Assembly: GCA_963720355.1 (NCBI GenBank)
Contig: CAVRFH010000001.1
Coordinates: forward strand, 604,244 to 668,243
Reading direction: 5' to 3'
Length of the DNA stretch: 64,000 nucleotides
Origin: an uncultured Chloroflexia bacterium
GTDB taxonomy: Bacteria > Chloroflexota > Limnocylindria > Limnocylindrales > CSP1-4
Shown: positions 19,231 to 28,969 of the stretch, piece by piece
Layout: every line of letters starts with the position of its first letter
Position numbering within the stretch: the first letter of the stretch is position 1
Program-made: the position numbers and the translations under genes
The notes under the pieces: model-generated
The model's input: the letters and a program-made list of their open reading frames with translations, nothing else
Databases searched by the model: none
Told to the model about the DNA's origin: nothing

Positions 19231-20705
19231 GAGGGGCCGTCACCGGCGGCGGGTTCCGCTGGCGCGCCGGGGTCGTCGTCGGCGGCCGGTCGCGGGCGCG
19301 GCTCGCGGATTCGGGCCGGCACGCCGACCGCGAGCTTGCCCGCTGGCACGTCCCTGGTCACCACCGCGCCGGCGCCGGTCCGGGCCCCTTCACCGATCTC
19401 GCGCGGTGCCACGATCATCGTGTCGACGCCGATGAACGCGCCGTCGCCGATCGTCGTGCGCGTCTTGCGCGTGCCGTCGTAGTTGGCGGTGATGGTGCCG
19501 GCCCCGATGTTGACCTTCTGGCCGATCTCGGCGTCGCCGAGATAGCTCATGTGGTGCTGCTTGGAGCCCTTGCCCAGACGCGTGTTCTTGAGCTCGGCGT
19601 AGTTGCCGACCTCGGCGCCCTCGCCGACCACGCTGCCGGGGCGGACGTGGCTGAACGGCCCGACGGAGGCGCCATCCTCGACCGTGGAAGACTCGACGAT
19701 CGAGGCCCACACGCGGGTGTTCCTGCCGATCGTGCTGTCGACGATCTGGCAGCCGGCGCCGATGACGCTCCCCTCCCCGATCGACGTCGCGCCGCGCAGG
19801 ATGACGTTGGGCTCGATCGTGACGTCGGTCCCGAGCGACACGTCCCAATCGAGATAGACCGTCGACGGGTCGCGCATCGTCACCCCGTCGCGCATGTGCT
19901 GCTGGTTGCGCTGCACGCGCAGGATCCACTCGGCCTCGGCGAGCTGGGCGCGGTCGTTGATGCCGTCGAACCGGCCGTCGTCCTCGAACGTGACGGCGAT
20001 GACCAGCCGGCCGTCCTCGCGCGCGAGCTGGACGAGCTCGGTCAGATACAGCTCGCCGGTCCGCGCCGAGGGCACCAGCGAGCCGATCCGCCGGCGCAGC
20101 CAGTCGGCATCGAAGGCGTACAGGCCGGCGTTGACCTCGTTGTTGGCCAGCTCGTCCTCGGTCGCGTCCTTGGCCTCGACGATCGCCTCGACCGTCCCGA
20201 ACTCGCCGCGGCTGACGCGTCCGAGCCGGGCGGGATCGGCCGCGAAGAACGTCGCCAGGGCGATCGCGGCGTCGTCCTCGCGACGCGCATCGAGGATGGC
20301 CCGCAGATCCTCGGCGGTGATCAGCGGGACGTCACCCGACAGGACCAGGATCTCGGTCGCGTCATCGGGCACGGCCGGTAGCGCGGCCCGCACGGCATCG
20401 CCCGTCCCGCGCGGCTCGTCCTGGAGGGCGAACTCGGCGCGGTCGGCGAGGACGTCGCGGATCGCCTCAGTGGCCGGTGAGTAGACGACGATCGACTTGG
20501 CGTCACCTGCATGGGCGTCCTCGCCGCGCGCGTCGGCCCAGGCATCGAGGACGTAGGCCAGCATCGGGCGACCGCACAGCGGGTGGAGAACCTTCGGCAA
20601 CGCGGACTTCATGCGCGTGCCGAGGCCGGCCGCCAGGACGACGGCGGTGGTGCGGGCCGAGCTGCTCGTGGACGTGCCCGTGGGCTCGGGACTTGGGGGG
20701 TTCAT
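19227..20705 (-). CDS. glmU: Bifunctional GlcNAc-1-phosphate uridyltransferase / GlcN-1-phosphate acetyltransferase
   Basis: Intact 492-aa ORF with an N-terminal AVVLAAGLGTRMKS nucleotidyltransferase motif and a C-terminal left-handed beta-helix of hexapeptide repeats. Confidence 0.9.
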   Translation of the reverse strand: MNPPSPEPTGTSTSSSARTTAVVLAAGLGTRMKSALPKVLHPLCGRPMLAYVLDAWADARGEDAHAGDAKSIVVYSPATEAIRDVLADRAEFALQDEPRGTGDAVRAALPAVPDDATEILVLSGDVPLITAEDLRAILDARREDDAAIALATFFAADPARLGRVSRGEFGTVEAIVEAKDATEDELANNEVNAGLYAFDADWLRRRIGSLVPSARTGELYLTELVQLAREDGRLVIAVTFEDDGRFDGINDRAQLAEAEWILRVQRNQQHMRDGVTMRDPSTVYLDWDVSLGTDVTIEPNVILRGATSIGEGSVIGAGCQIVDSTIGRNTRVWASIVESSTVEDGASVGPFSHVRPGSVVGEGAEVGNYAELKNTRLGKGSKQHHMSYLGDAEIGQKVNIGAGTITANYDGTRKTRTTIGDGAFIGVDTMIVAPREIGEGARTGAGAVVTRDVPAGKLAVGVPARIREPRPRPAADDDPGAPAEPAAGDGPS

Positions 20706-20797
20706 GCAGGGCGCCGGGCGTGCGCGGGGCGGTCGACGCCCTCGCTGCGACGGATGCCCGACGGGCGGGTCGTTGGTGTCATGGGTCGGTCCGCCGG

Positions 20798-20826
20798 ATG
20801 GTATGGGCGGCCCGTGAGAGCGTCAA
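20798..20826 (-). promoter_or_regulatory. Candidate sigma-70-type promoter for glmU (TTGACG-17 nt-TACCAT)
   Basis: The minus strand reads cttggcTTGACGctctcacgggccgcccaTACCATccgg. It sits in the 146-nt ridA-glmU spacer, about 90 nt upstream of the glmU ATG. Confidence 0.45.
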
Positions 20827-20851
20827 GCCAAGGTGAGGCCCGGTCACGACG

Positions 20852-21235
20852 CTACGGACGGCGTGCGATCGCCTCGATCTCGACCCGGGCGCCCTTCGGC
20901 AGGCCGGCCACGGCCACCGTCGAACGGGCGGGTGGCGGATCCGGGAAGAACGTCGCGTACACGCCGTTCATCGCGGCGAAATCGTCCATGGACAGCAGGA
21001 AGACCGTCGTCTTGACCACGTCCGCGAAACCGACCCCGGCCGCATCGAGCACCGCTCCGACATTGCGCAGCACGCGCTCGGTCTGCTCCTCGAGCGTGCC
21101 CAGCTGGGCGTCACCCGTGGCTGGATCGAGCGGGATCTGGCCCGCGCAGAACACGAGGTCGCCGGCGACGATGGCCTGGCTGTACGGGCCGACCGCGGCC
21201 GGTGCGCTGGTGGTCGAGATCGCCTGACGGCTCAT
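20852..21235 (-). CDS. ridA: RidA/YjgF-family reactive intermediate deaminase
   Basis: 127 aa: MSRQAISTTSAPAAVGPYSQAIVAGDLVFCAGQIP...ARVEIEAIA. The ATG overlaps the ispE stop (ATGA). Confidence 0.85.
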   Translation of the reverse strand: MSRQAISTTSAPAAVGPYSQAIVAGDLVFCAGQIPLDPATGDAQLGTLEEQTERVLRNVGAVLDAAGVGFADVVKTTVFLLSMDDFAAMNGVYATFFPDPPPARSTVAVAGLPKGARVEIEAIARRP

Positions 21236-22201
21236 GTCGCCTCTTCCTCGTGTCCGGTCCGGATGGTCGTCGCGATGACCGACGGCGGGCCGTCGCCGAG
21301 CGCCGGGATCGTCCCGTCCTCGACCGCCGCCCCCGCGGTCAGCGCCGCGGCCTCGGCATCGCCGAGCGAAGGATAGAGGGTCCACAGGGTCGGGCCGGAG
21401 CCGGACAGCCCGATGGGATGGCCGAGCACCCGGGTGAGCGCGCGCCGGAAGGCCACCAGGGCGGGCACGACGAGCAGCGTCGCCGGCAGGAGGTCGTTGG
21501 CCGCGGCCAGCACCCCGGCCCGTGCCTGGAAGTCGGTCGCCGAGAGGCCGTTCCCGATCTCCTGGGCGAGGTGCTCCGAGGTCATCCGTATCGCTGGGGT
21601 CGCCGGCCGTGCGAGCGCCATCGAAGACCTGGAACACGTCGGCGGTGCGGACGCTCACCCGCGGCGTCACGAGCAGGATGCCCGGGTGGCCGTGCAGGCC
21701 GGTGAGCGGTGTCAGCCGTTCGCCGCGGCCCTCCACCAGGGCCGGCCGGCCAGCCAGGAAGAACGGCAGGTCCGACCCGACACGGAGCGCCGCGGAGACC
21801 CGGGCGTCGGCGTCGATCTCGTCGGCGCCCCAGGTCGCCAGGGCGCCGTCCAGCGCGGCGGCCGCATCCGACGACCCGCCACCGAGCCCGGCCGCCACCG
21901 GGATGCGCTTCTCCAGCCGGGCGGCGAGCGGTGGTGTCGGCGGGCGGCCTGGCCCCTGGCCGACCAGGTCGCGGGCCGCGCCGATCGCGCGCAGGACGAG
22001 GTTGTCCTCGGTCGGGCCGGCATCGAGGCCGCTGACATGGAGCGTGTCGCGCCGGCCACCGCCGGGACCGGACGGCGCCAGCGTCAGGACGTCATGCAGG
22101 GCCAGCGGCACGAACACCGAGTGCAGGTCGTGGAACCCGTCCGCCCGGCGCCCGACCACGGCCAACGTCAGGTTGAGCTTGGCCGGCGCGAGCCGGACCA
22201 T
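21232..22201 (-). CDS. ispE: 4-diphosphocytidyl-2-C-methyl-D-erythritol kinase, interrupted by one apparent indel
   Basis: MVRLAPAKLNLTLAV... and the GHMP motif PVAAGLGGGSSDAAA are in ORF 20852..22303. The C-terminal part (GSGPTLWTLYP) is in ORF 21232..21621. The frames join at about 21612-21625. A GTG at 22303 is an alternative start. Confidence 0.75.
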
Positions 22202-23144
22202 GGGCGTCAGATGGGCGCGATCGCCACCGGTCGCGGCCGTCGGCGCGGTCACCGATCGGACCCGCGGCACGGTCCCCGGCCGATCGTCCGCGCCAGTCGG
22301 CACCGATCGGGCCGATCGCCTCGCGCAGGGCCAGCCACTCGCCCACGGCCAGGGTCTGCGGCCGACGATCGGGCGCGATGCCGACCTCGGCCAGCGCCGC
22401 CGTCACCCGTCCGGCATCGACCGGGAGCTGCCTCGCGAGCACGTTGTGGATCATCTTGCGTCGCTCACGGAAGGCCGCCTGCACGAGGCGCCACAGCTGG
22501 TCCTCGTCGTCCGGGCCGAGTCGGTCGTCGGCATCGTACGGCTCGACGACGATGACCGCCGAGTCGACGGCCGGCTGCGGCTCGAAGGCCCCGGGCGGCA
22601 CACGGAACGCGATGCGGACCCGTGCGTGGTACTGCACGAACACCGACAGGTAGCTCATCTTGCCGGGCGGCGCCGCGATCCGTTCGGCGACTTCCCGCTG
22701 GACCATCAGGACGAGGCGGCGCGGCCGTGGCGGCTGGCCGAGCAGCGCGTGCAGGATCGGCGAGGTGATGTGGTACGGCAGGTTGGCGACCACGTCGTAG
22801 GGCGGGGCAACGAGCAGGACGAGCTCCTGGTCCAGCGCATCGCCCTCGATGAGCGCCAGGTGCCCGGCATCGAGCGGGCCCTCGAAGCGCTCCCGCAGGA
22901 ACGCGGCAAGCCCACGGTCTAGCTCGACGGCGGTGACGTCGGCGCCCGCCTCGAGCAGGCCGCCCGTCAGCAGCCCCAGTCCTGGACCGATCTCGAGCAC
23001 GCGATCCCCCGGCCCGGGCGCGGCCTCGGCGAGGATGGCCGACAACACGTCCGGGTCGGCCAGGAAGTTCTGCGACAGCCCGTGCCGGGCGCGCAGGCCC
23101 GCGGCGCGGAGCGTGGCCCGGACCTGGGCCGCATCGATCGTCAT
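22092..23144 (-). CDS. rsmA: 16S rRNA (adenine1518/1519-N6)-dimethyltransferase; 3' end uncertain
   Basis: MTIDAAQVRATL..., LSQNFL, VLEIGPGLG and ANLPYHITS are present. The ORF as sequenced runs about 70 codons beyond the usual family length and into ispE. A shifted frame would stop at 22249-22251, so a terminal indel is suspected. Confidence 0.75.
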   Translation of the reverse strand: MTIDAAQVRATLRAAGLRARHGLSQNFLADPDVLSAILAEAAPGPGDRVLEIGPGLGLLTGGLLEAGADVTAVELDRGLAAFLRERFEGPLDAGHLALIEGDALDQELVLLVAPPYDVVANLPYHITSPILHALLGQPPRPRRLVLMVQREVAERIAAPPGKMSYLSVFVQYHARVRIAFRVPPGAFEPQPAVDSAVIVVEPYDADDRLGPDDEDQLWRLVQAAFRERRKMIHNVLARQLPVDAGRVTAALAEVGIAPDRRPQTLAVGEWLALREAIGPIGADWRGRSAGDRAAGPIGDRADGRDRWRSRPSDAHGPARAGQAQPDVGRGRAPGGRVPRPALGVRAAGPA

Positions 23145-23169
23145 CGCCGGGCTCACCCCGGCCGGCCGG

Positions 23170-24238
23170 TCATCGGCGGGCCAGCGGCAGCGACGGCCGG
23201 GCATCGAGGTCCAGGCCGGCTCGCTCACCCGCGAGGAACCGCCGTGCACCGGCGGCCCCGATCATCGCCCCGTTGTCGGTGCACAGGCCGGGGCGCGGCA
23301 CGATGAGCGGGACGCCCAGTCGCTGGGCCTCCTCGGCCAGCCGCTCGCGCAGGCAGGCGTTGGCGGCCACGCCGCCACCGAGCACGATCGAGCGTGCGCC
23401 GATGGCTGCGGCGGCTCGGGCGGTCTTCGTGGCAAGGACATCGACCACCGACTCCTGGAAGCCCCATGCCAGCTCCGCGGTCGCGGCGTCAGACAACGGG
23501 ACCTCGTCATCGGTCAGCCCCTCCGCCGATCGCGCGTCGGTGACGATCCGGCGGGCGGCGGTCTTGAGGCCCGAGAAGCTGAAGTCGTACGAGTCGCCCA
23601 TCCAGGCCCGCGGGATACCGGATGTCGCGGCGCGTGGCCGCCTCGGCGGCGTGCTGGATGGCCGGACCGCCCGGATAGCCAAGACCGAGCAGGCGCCCGA
23701 CCTTGTCGAATGCCTCGCCGGCCGCATCGTCGACGGTCGTCCCGAGCAGCCGGTACGTGAGGTGATCGCGCATCTCGGCGAGGAACGTGTGGCCACCGGA
23801 CACGACGAGCGCGACGAGCGGGAAGTTCGGCTCGACCCTCGACGCCTCGTCCTCCCCGGGGTCCAGGAGCCAGCCCGCGTAGACATGACCCTCGAGGTGG
23901 TTCACGCCGACCAGCGGCTTGTCGTGGACCCAGGCGAGCGACTTGGCGAAGTTGATGCCGACGAGGAGCGAGCCGGCGAGTCCCGGGCCGTAGGTCACGG
24001 CGATGGCATCGATATCGCGCCATTCGACGCCGGCGGTGGCCCACGCCTCGTCGAGGGTCGGGACGATCCAGCGCAGGTGGGCGCGCGCGGCGACCTCCGG
24101 CACGATCCCACCGGTCGCGGCATGGAGGGCCACCTGGGACGCGACGACATTGGCCAGGATCCGGCGTTCGCCATCGACGAGGGCGATCCCGGTCTCATCG
24201 CAGGACGACTCGATGGACAGCACGAGCGGCCCGCTCAC
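23170..24238 (-). CDS. tsaD: tRNA N6-adenosine threonylcarbamoyltransferase, interrupted by one apparent indel
   Basis: VLSIESSCDETGIAL, GPGLAGSLLVG and NHLEGH are in the 23507..25387 frame. SFSGLKTA...CTDNGAMIG is in the 23170..23886 frame. The frames join at about 23608-23625 (ccc homopolymer). GTG start overlaps the rimI stop (GTGA). Confidence 0.85.
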
Positions 24239-24837
24239 CCGCCGTCGTCCTCGGTCGGGGCGCCATCGACGACGACATCGCCACGCTCCGCCAGGTCGTC
24301 GGGACCGCTCGGCGCCGGGTACGCGTCGAGCTCGGCGCGCAGGCGCTCGATCCGCGCCCGCATGTCGGGCTCGTCGAGCGGGATCGTCGTCATGATCAGC
24401 GCGTCCTCGCCGTCGTCGCTGTAGTAGCGCGGCCGCAGGCCGACGGGGCGGAAGCCGTACTTCTCGTACAGCTTGCGCGCGGCGAGGTTCGAGAGGCGGA
24501 CCTCGAGCGTCGCCTCGTGGGCGCGGCGGTCGGCGGCGAGGTCGAGGAAGGCGAGGAGCAGCCGTTCGCCGATGCGTCGCCGGCGCCAGGCCGGGTGGAC
24601 CGCGAACGTCGTGATGTGGGCCTCGTCGACCATCAGCCACATGCCGCCGTAGGCGGTGACATCGTCGCCGGCACGAGCGACGAGGTAGTGGGCCAGGCGG
24701 TTCGACTCGAGCTCGCTGCGATAGGCGTGCGGCGGCCACGGCGCGGTGAAGCTCGCCTGCTCGATGGCCTGCACGGCCGGCAGGTCGTCGACCCGCATCG
24801 GGCCGATCTCGATCCTTACCGGAGGTCGGGCGACCAT
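24235..24837 (-). CDS. rimI: GNAT acetyltransferase (ribosomal-protein-alanine N-acetyltransferase type)
   Basis: Intact 200-aa ORF containing HPAWRRRRIGERLL (Q/RxxGxG/A-like acetyl-CoA loop) and LEVRLSNLAARKLYEKYGF. An alternative ATG lies at 24798. Confidence 0.75.
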   Translation of the reverse strand: MVARPPVRIEIGPMRVDDLPAVQAIEQASFTAPWPPHAYRSELESNRLAHYLVARAGDDVTAYGGMWLMVDEAHITTFAVHPAWRRRRIGERLLLAFLDLAADRRAHEATLEVRLSNLAARKLYEKYGFRPVGLRPRYYSDDGEDALIMTTIPLDEPDMRARIERLRAELDAYPAPSGPDDLAERGDVVVDGAPTEDDGG

Positions 24838-25494
24838 GCCACGGATCCGGTGTTCGCCCGCACGCCGCGCGGGAGCGTGACGTAGTCCGGGACGAGCGTC
24901 TCGAGCTCGCTCGACGCGCCGGCGCGCAACCGCTCGGTCCCAAGGCGGATGAGCTCGTTCCCGAGTCCCTCGCGGGCCGCCTCTCCCCGTCGCGACGCAT
25001 CATCGGGGGCGCGGCCGTCGAGGTCGACCGCGATGAGCGTCTCGTCGTCGGCGATCGCGGGCTCGATCCCCGCGGGCAGTGGTTCGGGCCGGGCGCCGTC
25101 ACGGACCACCAGCCGGTCGGACGGCCCGGCCGGCAACAGCAGCACGGCGCGATCCACGCCCGATGCCGCGAGGAGCGCCTCGCGCGGTCGACACGCCGAT
25201 GAGCGGGATGCCGAGGCCGTGGGCGATGCCCTTCGCGGTCGCGATCCCGACGCGCAGGCCGGTGAAGGCACCGGGCCCGGTCCCGACGACGACCCCACCG
25301 AGCCGCGTTCGTGGGATCGACCGTTCGTCGAGGAGCCGCTCGATCGATGGCAGCAGCGTCTCGCCGTGACGGTAGCCCGCCGCCCACGTGGCGAGCCCAT
25401 CGACGGCGCCGTCGCGCGAGCCCGTCGCGACGACGATCCGGGTGGTCGCGGTGTCGAGCGCGAGGACCACGGTCCGCTCGTCGGCACCCGTCAT
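24816..25494 (-). CDS. tsaB: tRNA threonylcarbamoyladenosine biosynthesis protein TsaB, interrupted by one apparent indel
   Basis: MTGADERTVVLALDTATT...GTGPGAFTGLRVG...LIGVSTA is in one frame, and ALLAASGVDRAVLLLPAG... is in ORF 24816..25487. The frames join at about 25180-25192. The ATG overlaps the tsaE stop (ATGA). Confidence 0.75.
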
Positions 25495-25973
25495 CGGATC
25501 GCCTCGAGGTAGTGCCGGTGGCGCGGGCTCGTCGACTCGAGCGTGATCGTGCGCGGGGCGTCGCCCGTTCCCTCGATGCGCACGTCGAGGCGGTCGACCG
25601 GCAGGGCGTCGCCGAGCCGATCCGGCCATTCGACGAGCGTGACGCCGAGGGCCTGGCGCTCGTCGATCAGGCCGCCCGCCAACGCGTCCTCGGCGCTCAC
25701 GAGGCGGTACGGATCGATGTGGAAGAGCGGCAGCCGGCCGTCGTACTCGGCCATGAGGATGAAGCTCGGCGAGGTGATCGTGTCGACGACGCCGAGGCCG
25801 GCCCCGAACGCCTTGGCGAGGTGGGTCTTGCCCGCCCCGAGATCGCCCCACAGGCAGACGAGGTCGCCCGCTCGCGCCCGCTCCCCCATGGCCCGGCCGA
25901 GGACGCTGGTGGCGTCGGGGTCCGGGCATACGACGACCCGTCGGTCGGCGGTCTCCAGGGACACCGCGATCAC
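25491..25973 (-). CDS. tsaE: tRNA threonylcarbamoyladenosine biosynthesis ATPase TsaE
   Basis: Contains the P-loop LWGDLGAGKTHLAK, TSPSF, HIDPYRL and EWP. GTG start overlaps the stop of the upstream 343-aa gene (GTGA). Confidence 0.85.
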   Translation of the reverse strand: MIAVSLETADRRVVVCPDPDATSVLGRAMGERARAGDLVCLWGDLGAGKTHLAKAFGAGLGVVDTITSPSFILMAEYDGRLPLFHIDPYRLVSAEDALAGGLIDERQALGVTLVEWPDRLGDALPVDRLDVRIEGTGDAPRTITLESTSPRHRHYLEAIR

Positions 25974-27001
25974 CCAAATCGTTCGAGGTCGCCGAGCGGG
26001 ACGGCGACCGTCGACCCATCGTCGAGGCGGACGGTGCCGGCTTCGAGGTGGACCCCGCCGGCGAAGCGGCGCTGACCGGCCAGCCCTGCCCACGTGCCCT
26101 CCCGACCCGACAGCTGGCCGCCCCGGATGCGGATGTGGTCGGGCCGCGGCGCCGGCAGCTCGACGTCCGGGTCATCGAAGATCAGCATCGGCGGGTCGGC
26201 GACGATCGCCACGTCCCGGCCTTCGAGGGCGTCGAGCATGTCGATGAGTGGGCCGGCGACGGGCCGGCGCACGGCGCCCTCCAGCACGAGCACCGCGAAC
26301 GGCGACAGGCGATGGAGGGCCGCACGCTGGCGATCCTCGGAGGCGAGGTAGTCGCGGCGCTCCTTGCTCGCGAGCCCGGCGGCGATGATCCCGCGCACGC
26401 CCATCGCCCGGGCGCGCGTCAGCGTCTCGGCGTCGATGCGCGACCCGACGACGAGGACCCTGCCCGCGAGGCCCACGTCGACGGCCCCGCTGCGCAGCTC
26501 GCCTTCGACCCACGACGCGACGTGGAGCTTGCCCCGGGTCGGGCCACCGAGCGCGACGATCGCGCGCAGCCCACGGCCGGTGGCCCGGATCACGATCGCG
26601 CTGCCGGCCCGGACCTCGCGGACGATGCCGGCGATCGGGCTGTCGAGCGGTTCGGTCACCTCGCCGCCGGCGACACGCCACCGGCCGCGCCACTCGAACA
26701 GCAGCTCCCCGTCGACGATGTGACCGCCCGGCACGGGTTCGGCGGATGTCGCGACGACCAGGTCGCTCATGCGCGGGTCGCGCACGCGCTCGACGATCGG
26801 CTCGCCGGGCACGACCGACTCGCCGACCGCCACGAGGGCACGGTCGCCGGGCGCAAGTGGGAACGTGATGTCGAGCGGTCCCGGGTCGAGCAGGCGGCGC
26901 ATCCGGACGAGCCCGAGGTCGGGACGGAGCGCGCTCGCGACCGGCGGCGACGTCGCCGTCGTGTCGTGGGGCACATGGCCGTTGCCCTCGGCGCCGGTCA
27001 C
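25970..27001 (-). CDS. Hypothetical protein (343 aa), function unknown
   Basis: The GTG at 27001 overlaps the stop of the 540-aa gene (GTGA) and the stop overlaps the tsaE start. The translation has balanced composition (e.g. VAVGESVVPGEPIVERV, GVRGIIAAGLASKERRDYL, C-terminal GTVRLDDGSTVAVPLGDLERF). I recognised no family. Confidence 0.5.
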   Translation of the reverse strand: MTGAEGNGHVPHDTTATSPPVASALRPDLGLVRMRRLLDPGPLDITFPLAPGDRALVAVGESVVPGEPIVERVRDPRMSDLVVATSAEPVPGGHIVDGELLFEWRGRWRVAGGEVTEPLDSPIAGIVREVRAGSAIVIRATGRGLRAIVALGGPTRGKLHVASWVEGELRSGAVDVGLAGRVLVVGSRIDAETLTRARAMGVRGIIAAGLASKERRDYLASEDRQRAALHRLSPFAVLVLEGAVRRPVAGPLIDMLDALEGRDVAIVADPPMLIFDDPDVELPAPRPDHIRIRGGQLSGREGTWAGLAGQRRFAGGVHLEAGTVRLDDGSTVAVPLGDLERFG

Positions 27002-28620
27002 GCGTCCGCCCCCGCCCACAGCGACGACTGCCACGCGGCGAGCAGGTCGCGTCGCCGATCGGCCCGATCCGGGAGGCGCAGCGGGACGTCGCGCAGGTCC
27101 ACGACCAGGCCGCCCAGGCCGCCCGCGACGTCGATCGCGAAGTGGCGGCCGCGCCCACCGAGGCGGACGCGATCGCGGAACTTGAACTCGGCGACCGCGG
27201 TCATGCCGGGCGGCAGGTCGACGAGCTCGAGACCGCCCGGCACGAGCTCGAGCTCGCTGGTGGCCCCATCGGCGTGCACGACGACCGTCCCGGCCGACTT
27301 GCCGGACCGCAGGCCGGCTGGCGTCACGACGCTGCCGAGCGGCGCGAGGAGGTCGTCGACGAGGTCCGACAGCAGGACACGCCGCTCGCCGGCGTCGGGG
27401 ATCGCCCCGAGCGGGCCGAGCAGCCGGGCGTGGTCGAGCGCGTACTGGCTGGCCCCGGGCCGACGCATCACGTCGATGTGGGCGAGGGCCACGGCGGGCG
27501 CCGGCACGGCCGTCCAGACACCGCTCGCGACCACGATGAGATCGGGCAGCGGGCCGTCGTCGAACCGGGTGGTGCTGGCATGGAGGCGCACGAGCGCCGC
27601 CCGGGCGGCGGCCATGCGCAGGGCGGCGCCGTCGCCCGCCGCGTCGGACCATGGGCTGATCCGCAGCTCGCGCATGCGGTCGCGGACGCGGTGCCGGTCG
27701 GCGGGCACGGTCGACCAGGTCAGGATGCCGTCGACGACGGCGTCGTCCGGTTCGTCGGGAGCGACCGCGGCCGACGGCACGATGGCCAGCCGGCTGGTCG
27801 ATGGTCGCCCGCCGGCGCCCGGGATGCCCACGGCGCGGACACCGGCGTCATGGCCGAGGACGATCGCCTCGACGCGCCGGTCAAGGACCTCGGCCAGCGT
27901 CCGGATCCCGGCGCCGAGCGCCCGGCGCGGGTCCTCGGGCGGCAACGCGAGCTCGAGCAGGAGGTCGCCGAGCGGGTCCTCGGCATCCGCCTCGGCCGGG
28001 CTGGCGGGACGAACGGCGGCCGGCGCCAGCATGACCTCGCCGGGCCGCGCCTCGACATCGCCGAGGGCGGCCAGGCCTTCCGACATCGAGCCCGACAGGA
28101 CGATGGGCAGCTCGGGTCGACGCCGGGCGATGGCGGCCACGAGGGCGGCGAGCTCCTGGATCGCCCCACGCTCGTCGGCGCGCGGCGGGTCGCCTGCGCC
28201 GACGACGATCGCCTCGATGCGGTGGTCGAGCAGCAGCCGCGTCATGGCCAGTGGATCGGTCGTCTCGGCGCTCGCGGCCGTCACCCGCCAGCCACTCCGG
28301 CCGGCCGTCGCCACCAGCCCGGCCAGCGTGCGCTCCGAACCGGCCACGACCGCCAGTCGCCGCGGCCGCTTGCTGCGGACCTCGAGGCGGGGCATCGCCT
28401 CGCGCGGCAGCCCGACGAGCCCGAGCGCATCGGCGACGACCGGGTCGGCGGCGATGGTCCGGGCGACCAGCAGATCGGTCGCCGGGTCGAGGTCGGCACC
28501 CGCCGGGATGGCGATGCTGCCGATGAGCCGCCACGCCCCGCCGGCACGGCCGATCAGGGCCACGGACACCGTGGCGGAGCCGTGGTCGATCGTCAGGAAC
28601 GCGTGCGGTTGTGACGTCAC
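26998..28620 (-). CDS. Hypothetical protein (540 aa) with an actin-like (ASKHA) ATPase-type N-terminal motif
   Basis: Intact ORF from a GTG. The N-terminus AFLTIDHGSATVSVALIG resembles the phosphate-1 DxGS/T motif of ASKHA ATPases (GlmL/MutL-like or EutA-like families begin this way). The remainder is unassigned. Confidence 0.55.
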   Translation of the reverse strand: MTSQPHAFLTIDHGSATVSVALIGRAGGAWRLIGSIAIPAGADLDPATDLLVARTIAADPVVADALGLVGLPREAMPRLEVRSKRPRRLAVVAGSERTLAGLVATAGRSGWRVTAASAETTDPLAMTRLLLDHRIEAIVVGAGDPPRADERGAIQELAALVAAIARRRPELPIVLSGSMSEGLAALGDVEARPGEVMLAPAAVRPASPAEADAEDPLGDLLLELALPPEDPRRALGAGIRTLAEVLDRRVEAIVLGHDAGVRAVGIPGAGGRPSTSRLAIVPSAAVAPDEPDDAVVDGILTWSTVPADRHRVRDRMRELRISPWSDAAGDGAALRMAAARAALVRLHASTTRFDDGPLPDLIVVASGVWTAVPAPAVALAHIDVMRRPGASQYALDHARLLGPLGAIPDAGERRVLLSDLVDDLLAPLGSVVTPAGLRSGKSAGTVVVHADGATSELELVPGGLELVDLPPGMTAVAEFKFRDRVRLGGRGRHFAIDVAGGLGGLVVDLRDVPLRLPDRADRRRDLLAAWQSSLWAGADA

Positions 28621-28678
28621 CGTCTGATGCTACTCGGAGTCGGTCCGCGCGGCCGACGTCCGGCCCCGGTGCTTGAGG

Positions 28679-28969
28679 TCAGCCGTCCCAGACGAGCTCG
28701 TCGTCGAGTTCCTCGAGGCGCGCGATGAGCAGCTCGATCCCGGCGTCGTCGGCGAGGATCTCGGTGGCCGGCGCGAGGTCGCCGCCGAACACGCCGCGCA
28801 GGACCGGGTCAAAGAACAGCATCGCGTTGGCACCGAGCGCACGATAGGGCCGGCTCGCCTCCAGGAAATGGACCGCGGACGACGTCAGGCCGCGCATCTG
28901 GATCTCGCGGGCGACCTGCTCGACGAGCTCGTTGCGCTGCTCCTCGGACGGCTCGATCGGGAAGGTCAC
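28679..28969 (-). CDS. Hypothetical small acidic protein (96 aa)
   Basis: GTG start overlaps the macro-domain gene stop (GTGA). The composition looks coding (EEQRNELVEQVAREIQMRG...LLIARLEELDDELVWDG). No family recognised. Confidence 0.45.
   Translation of the reverse strand: MTFPIEPSEEQRNELVEQVAREIQMRGLTSSAVHFLEASRPYRALGANAMLFFDPVLRGVFGGDLAPATEILADDAGIELLIARLEELDDELVWDG

Noticed and set aside
20706-20851. Possible additional copy of the intergenic repeat (contains ccaaggtgag) in the ridA-glmU spacer.
   Set aside because: Similarity is limited to a few nucleotides. The gtgcgtgagcgag core and the hairpin are absent.
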